Assembly (NCBI GenBank): GCA_964493485.1
Contig: CAZBMQ010000005.1
Coordinates: 3,832-67,831, forward strand
Length of the DNA stretch: 64,000 nucleotides
Source of the DNA: an uncultured Candidatus Saccharibacteria bacterium
Lineage (GTDB): Bacteria > Patescibacteriota > Minisyncoccia > Minisyncoccales > JANBVM01
Reading direction: 5' to 3'
Position numbers and translations under genes: made by a program. Position 1 is the first letter of the stretch. Every line of letters begins with the position of its first letter. This document shows positions 59,855 to 64,000 of this stretch, in pieces. Under the pieces are notes generated by a model, which did no database searches, had not been told where the DNA came from, and saw only the letters and a program-made list of their open reading frames with translations.

Positions 59855-61620
59855 CCTGCGCCTCCGCCTCCTCCCCCACCCCCTCCTCCAGCAGATCCTC
59901 CTCCAACTCCCCCACCTCCTCCGCTTGGAGTGCTCCTAAATGTAGAAGAAATAGATGAAGTAAAAGAAGAAATGCTTTCAGCAAAAGAATTAAAAGAACT
60001 GGGTATACTTTCACCCGTCTCCCTATCTGAAATATAAACACTTGGTACATACCAGTTCTGTTCCTGATACGAAAAATCTGCAAATCTTGCTGCCCATTTT
60101 TTTTCTACCCCCAGAACCAAAGCGAATGGAAGATACTTTGAAAAAGTCTCTATAGTCTCAGCTCCCAATCTAAACCTTTCAGCAGTCTGAAGATAATCTT
60201 TAAATCCAAGCAACTTCCATTTAGCTTCTGCTCCTGTTTGAGTTAAAGAAGGCATATAATAAGCAAATCCTATAATAATTAATGCACAAATCCCCATGCT
60301 TATTTCAATTATTAAAGCCTGAGCAAAATATCTAGAGAGATGTCCACTGAATATAAAAATTCCAAAAATTCCTATAAATAAAGTAAACAAAAAGATTTTA
60401 TTACCTAATTTGCCATATTTCTTTCTAATTTTTTGAATATTTCCAGTAAAATAATCTGTTTTTGCTACCTCTTGGTATATTAATTCTTTAATCTCGGGGA
60501 TCTCTTTATAGAATTCACACCTTAAATCCTCACTTGAAACCATTTTTTTGTTCCTGAAAATAGTTCTCATTATCTTTTTCTCAAAAGGATTAAGGTCACC
60601 CTCATCTTTTAATTTTTCAAAGATGTATCTTTTCTTTTTAAAAAACAGGATTTTTTCTTTTTCCTCTATAATCCTTAAATACCCTCTTACAGCAAGATCA
60701 ATCACTGTAGCTATTATATCTCTCATTTCAATAGACTGGTCAATCAATACTCCAAATATTGCTGGAGGCAAATCTGATGGAGGTGTATATTGAGCTATAA
60801 TGGTCTTCTTTATTTTTGGATCTTTGCCTTTTTCTCTCCATAAAACAAACATTTTAAAGAAAGTAAACACGGGTAAAGCAATACCAATTATTAATACTAT
60901 CCAGTTTATCATTTGATTACGATAAAAAAGTGGTTTTTTAATTGCTCCTTTTGGCCAAGCCACGACTATAGTCAAAAAGTGATAGGGCTTTATATCCTGA
61001 GCCCAAAATTTTACTGTTTTGCTATCTAAAATCTTATAATTAGTACTTTGAATTAAACTTCCTTTTTCGCCCACAAATAATTTCAATGCTATCTCATCTT
61101 TATCAAAGTTTTTAGGCAGATGAACCAATACCTCTGCTTTTTTTACTAAAACTTCTCTATCTTCAAATATAGCATTCCAATATAACTCGTCCCATTTCTC
61201 GTAAAAACCCAATCCCCCATAAACCTTATATCTTATTGTCCAAGATTTTAATTCGTTATAGAAATTTCTTCTGGGAAACTCCCATCTAATATTTAATCTA
61301 TTCCCGTTATAAGAAACTGTATATTCATTTTTATTCAATCTCCTGCCATTTTCATCAAACACCTCAATGTCTGAAATATGGTCTAATTTTTTCAATGCGA
61401 TATCTCGGTAAAAATATCCAAAACTACCTGTCAAATTAAATGTCTGAGTTTCTATCACATCAAATGTACTGTCTTGATTAATCTTAATCTCCACTTTAAT
61501 AGAATCATAATAATATCTTTTTTCAGGAACAGCGTGGCAAGAATTAAAAAAGCTTAAAAAAAATATCAAAAGAAATAGTTTTAAAACAAGTTTTTGAAAA
61601 TCGTTGTTTGTTTTACGCAT
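59851..61620 (-). CDS. DUF2207-like membrane protein with poly-glycine C-terminal tail
   Basis: It has a signal peptide, an N-terminal beta-rich ectodomain (IKINQDSTFDVIETQTFNLTGSFGYFYRDI), and internal TM segments. The C-terminus is GGGGGVGGGSAGGGGGGGGGGAG. Confidence 0.6.
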   Translation of the reverse strand: MRKTNNDFQKLVLKLFLLIFFLSFFNSCHAVPEKRYYYDSIKVEIKINQDSTFDVIETQTFNLTGSFGYFYRDIALKKLDHISDIEVFDENGRRLNKNEYTVSYNGNRLNIRWEFPRRNFYNELKSWTIRYKVYGGLGFYEKWDELYWNAIFEDREVLVKKAEVLVHLPKNFDKDEIALKLFVGEKGSLIQSTNYKILDSKTVKFWAQDIKPYHFLTIVVAWPKGAIKKPLFYRNQMINWIVLIIGIALPVFTFFKMFVLWREKGKDPKIKKTIIAQYTPPSDLPPAIFGVLIDQSIEMRDIIATVIDLAVRGYLRIIEEKEKILFFKKKRYIFEKLKDEGDLNPFEKKIMRTIFRNKKMVSSEDLRCEFYKEIPEIKELIYQEVAKTDYFTGNIQKIRKKYGKLGNKIFLFTLFIGIFGIFIFSGHLSRYFAQALIIEISMGICALIIIGFAYYMPSLTQTGAEAKWKLLGFKDYLQTAERFRLGAETIETFSKYLPFALVLGVEKKWAARFADFSYQEQNWYVPSVYISDRETGESIPSSFNSFAESISSFTSSISSTFRSTPSGGGGGVGGGSAGGGGGGGGGGAG

Positions 61621-61649
61621 ATCTTATTTATTATAACATTTTTATTTCT

Positions 61650-61919
61650 TTATTTTATCAAAAAAAACCGGATTAATCTCGGTTTATTCTCACAACAAAA
61701 AAGATATTGGGAACCGTTAGCATCAGCTAACGGTTTAATATTTGTTATAGAATGCGGGTTTATCAAATAGTTGAGGCGACGTTTTTTTAACTCTTCCTCA
61801 TCATATTCTCTGCCACATTTACAGACAAAAATCCGTTTTCCATCTTTTTTAATCCATCTACCTCTGTCGCCTCTCAAAATATCGCCGCACCTATCGCAAA
61901 GATAATACATTTCTTTCAC
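61650..61919 (-). CDS. Small zinc-ribbon protein (89 aa)
   Basis: It carries CDRC....CKC near the N-terminus and lies directly upstream of the DUF2207-like gene. Confidence 0.5.
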   Translation of the reverse strand: MKEMYYLCDRCGDILRGDRGRWIKKDGKRIFVCKCGREYDEEELKKRRLNYLINPHSITNIKPLADANGSQYLFCCENKPRLIRFFLIK

Positions 61920-62001
61920 CTCCTTTTAATTTTTAAATATAAATTTGAAAACAACTCTTACTTAAGAGTAAAGAAGTTATAATCTATTGTCAATATTATT
62001 T

Positions 62002-62883
62002 TTATTTTATTTCTGTAATACATTCATTAAATAATCTCACTTGTCTATTGTAGCTTTCAATTAAGAATTCTGTAGTATCTATCAAAATATTATATTGAGA
62101 CACAAGATCATTATATTGCTTTACCTTTTGATTATACTCTACTCCTTTTTTAGGTTTTATAGATTTAATCTCCTTCTGTAATTCATTAAGGGTATTATAC
62201 ATTTTTTCAATCTCATCCTGTTTTTTCTCTATCTCATTTTTCAATTCTTGATCAGGTTCAGTACACACAGAAAGAGGAAGACCAAAATGCTGTACTGCAA
62301 ACCAGGTATATTTCCCTTCAAACATTCCTTTAGCTACAGCTACTCCAATTTCTTTGTATTTTGTATTTAAGATATTCTCTCTATGTCCCTGACTTTCCAT
62401 CCATGCTTGCACAAGCGCCTCATCGTTCTGAAAGTTACCCAAAGCCAGATTTTCTCCAATTAAAATAAACTCATATCCGGCTTCTTTTACCAGGTCTCCC
62501 ACCCCTTTGCCATCGGGAGAATAATGGGAAAAATATTGTCTCTCAATCATATCTTGAACTTTAAGTTTGGCACTCTGATTCAATTCTTCACTTTCTGTAA
62601 GCTCTGGAAGACCATATTCTTTTCTTTTAATATTTGTCCAATAAATTATTCCTGGTCTGGTAAGAAATGATTCTGGAACTTCTCTTTTTGCGCGAAGAGG
62701 AGGTGGAGTAAAGATTTCTTCCCCAACTTCTTGTGTTAAAAATTCTGTTACCTGTCTTTCAACTTGAGGCAGTCTAACATAAAACTCAGTATATAATGCC
62801 AAGAGATCATCCAAAAAAAATAAAAAAAATAAGGAAGATATTGTAATTATTAAAATAATAAAAAGCGCTCTAATATTTTTCAT
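62002..62883 (-). CDS. CAP/SCP (PR-1-like, YkwD-type) domain protein with N-terminal anchor and C-terminal coiled coil
   Basis: NIKRKEYGLPELTESEELNQSAKLKVQDM, YFSHYSPDG, GENLA, and W..S.GHRENIL...Y.EIGV are typical CAP motifs. Confidence 0.75.
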   Translation of the reverse strand: MKNIRALFIILIITISSLFFLFFLDDLLALYTEFYVRLPQVERQVTEFLTQEVGEEIFTPPPLRAKREVPESFLTRPGIIYWTNIKRKEYGLPELTESEELNQSAKLKVQDMIERQYFSHYSPDGKGVGDLVKEAGYEFILIGENLALGNFQNDEALVQAWMESQGHRENILNTKYKEIGVAVAKGMFEGKYTWFAVQHFGLPLSVCTEPDQELKNEIEKKQDEIEKMYNTLNELQKEIKSIKPKKGVEYNQKVKQYNDLVSQYNILIDTTEFLIESYNRQVRLFNECITEIK

Positions 62884-62945
62884 CGCTTTTAAATAATATC
62901 AATAAATATATTTCTATTCTAACAAAAACAACTCATTGTTGAAAT

Positions 62946-62968
62946 AAAAAAACGGTAATAATACCGTT
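62946..62968 (-). terminator. Intrinsic terminator
   Basis: On the minus strand, AACGGTA-TTAT-TACCGTT is followed by TTTTTT. Confidence 0.65.
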
Positions 62969-62982
62969 AACAAAAGAACTAA

Positions 62983-63114
62983 TTATAAATTTCCCTTTCC
63001 CCTTCCTAATATTCCTTTTTGTATCTCTCCCCAAGAAATCCTTTTCCCAGAAAGAGGATCTATATCTTTGAACAATATTATATCCTTATCATTCTTTTTT
63101 TCTTTCTTCTCCAT
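62983..63114 (-). CDS. Candidate 43-aa small protein (MEKKEKKNDKDIILFKDIDPLSGKRISWGEIQKGILGRGKGNL)
   Basis: An AAGGAG SD lies 8 nt upstream of the ATG (63114). The stop is followed by the terminator at 62946-62968. It is below the ORF-track size cut-off. Confidence 0.5.
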   Translation of the reverse strand: MEKKEKKNDKDIILFKDIDPLSGKRISWGEIQKGILGRGKGNL

Positions 63115-63183
63115 TTTTTGCACTCTCCTTTTATAATTTATATATAAATCTAATTGAAACTTTTATCAAGATTTTATTGACTT

Positions 63184-63912
63184 TTATAAAGCTGCTCCCA
63201 AAAAACAAAGTAAAGCGAAAATTAAAGCAAATTTAAAGAAATTTATTTTCTTGGCAATGTTCATTAAAAACTTCAAAGTCAAAAATCCCACCAAAAAACT
63301 TGCAATCAAAGAAAACCATCCTTCAACAATAATGGTTTGGTTGTTTAAAAATAAATAAAAACTTGAAGCTAATATCACAGGGACAGATATCATATAAGAA
63401 ATCTTGAGAATTTCTTTGGGAGAATTTTTTCCTAATGAAAGACCGAAAATGGTAGCGCCTGATCTAGATACTCCCGGAATTACTGCTAAACCCTGTAAAA
63501 ATCCAGATACTACTGCTAGTTTATCATCATCAATTTTTATCTTCTTTTTAGTTTTATGAAAATAAGCTGTCAACAATAAACCAAATCCCATAAGAATCAA
63601 TAAACTATCCCCTACTACTGTTATATCTTTTATTCCATTATAAATTGGATATCCTATTAAAAGAGAAACTAATGTTGCTATTAGCAAAAAACGAAGCAAT
63701 TGGGGATTTTGAAAAGTTAAAATATCCTTCCAATCTTTCCAAAAATAAATTAATACTGCAAAAAGAGTTCCAAAATGCAAAAATAAAGCCACATCTATCG
63801 GATTAATATTAATAACTAAAAATCTACTCGTTAATGCTACAATTCCTTCACTAGAAATTGGCAACCACTCAAATATTCCTTGAAGTATCCCCAATAAAAT
63901 ATATTTCCACAT
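63184..63912 (-). CDS. uppP: Undecaprenyl-diphosphate phosphatase
   Basis: The N-terminal GILQGIFEWLPISSEG resembles the E.LP(V/I)SS motif. The protein is polytopic and also carries PGVSRSGATI. 242 aa. Confidence 0.85.
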   Translation of the reverse strand: MWKYILLGILQGIFEWLPISSEGIVALTSRFLVININPIDVALFLHFGTLFAVLIYFWKDWKDILTFQNPQLLRFLLIATLVSLLIGYPIYNGIKDITVVGDSLLILMGFGLLLTAYFHKTKKKIKIDDDKLAVVSGFLQGLAVIPGVSRSGATIFGLSLGKNSPKEILKISYMISVPVILASSFYLFLNNQTIIVEGWFSLIASFLVGFLTLKFLMNIAKKINFFKFALIFALLCFLGAAL

Positions 63913-64000
63913 ATTTATTTCTTGCTTTTATTATATAGGATAGTCAAAACATTAAAAGTATCTCAATAATAGGTAAGAACAAGAGAAATAGGTCCCATCC

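Noticed and set aside
59829-60083. 84-aa minus-strand ORF and the strikingly GC-rich tract at 59851-59935
   Set aside because: The GC-rich tract is the run of Gly codons (GGN) forming the poly-Gly tail of the DUF2207-like protein, which is typical for that family. The 84-aa ORF is an out-of-frame overlap of the same region. It is neither a foreign insertion nor a repeat element.

Overview
This is a low-GC window (roughly 30-33% by eye) from a tightly packed bacterial genome with lysine-rich proteins and the standard genetic code, since TGA closes conserved ORFs. Gene content points to a reduced, CPR/Patescibacteria-like organism, which is inference only. That content is a nucleotide-salvage island, argG/argH alone, cell-wall (dcw) genes, several aminoacyl-tRNA synthetases, and many small secreted or zinc-ribbon proteins.

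Major blocks, left to right:
- 0.5-6.7 kb: salvage genes (HAD phosphatase, tdk, dcd, pyrE, apt, mtnP, HD hydrolase) and efp, with a tandem pair of uncharacterised 200-aa paralogs plus a decayed third copy.
- 6.8-9.2 kb: an archaeal-type inositol-1-phosphate synthase gene flanked by two PadR paralogs.
- 9.3-15.1 kb: an eight-gene minus-strand operon. AMMECR1, a LigB/Memo-like protein and the AmmeMemoRadiSam-type radical SAM enzyme are interleaved with an HMG-CoA-synthase-like gene, a polyprenol-kinase-like gene, a methyltransferase and a PPP phosphatase.
- 15.2-22.5 kb: thpR, murC, regulators and small enzymes.
- 22.6-26.5 kb: a tryptophan module of tRNA-Trp, trpS, a membrane protein, a T-box leader and an orphan TrpD-like gene.
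- 28.9-33.3 kb: tyrS broken by a 13-nt tandem duplication, then a second T-box leader upstream of argH-argG.
- 33.3-37.5 kb: a divergent radical-SAM-like gene, an HTH-Nudix fusion and a GAF protein.
- 37.7-41.3 kb: the locus I consider most worth following up. An autoinducer-synthase/N-acyl-amino-acid-synthase-like GNAT gene is divergent from two tandem AdoMetDC(SpeD)-like paralogs with degenerate self-cleavage motifs, followed by a multi-TM histidine kinase and a receiver-only response regulator.
- 41.3-52.5 kb: aspS, a DD-carboxypeptidase, then mraY, a 465-aa PP-loop protein, two small paralogs, murD, ftsW, murG and gltX.
- 53-64 kb: two Xer-type recombinases flanking a nuclease-like ORF, paralogous zinc-ribbon mini-proteins around a Cys-rich secreted protein, an ABC exporter, a DUF2207-like protein, a CAP-domain protein and uppP.

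Consensus TTGACA-N16/17-TAnnnT promoters and hairpin-plus-T-run terminators are readable by eye. They delimit three short orphan transcription units at about 20.0, 43.7 and 58.0 kb. Several genes show slippage or decay: an A7 frameshift, a 13-nt duplication, in-frame 24-nt and roughly 21-nt duplications in murC and murD, and two gene remnants.

No CRISPR array, rRNA gene or transposase was seen. All family assignments rest on motif recognition by eye and need HMM or BLAST confirmation.
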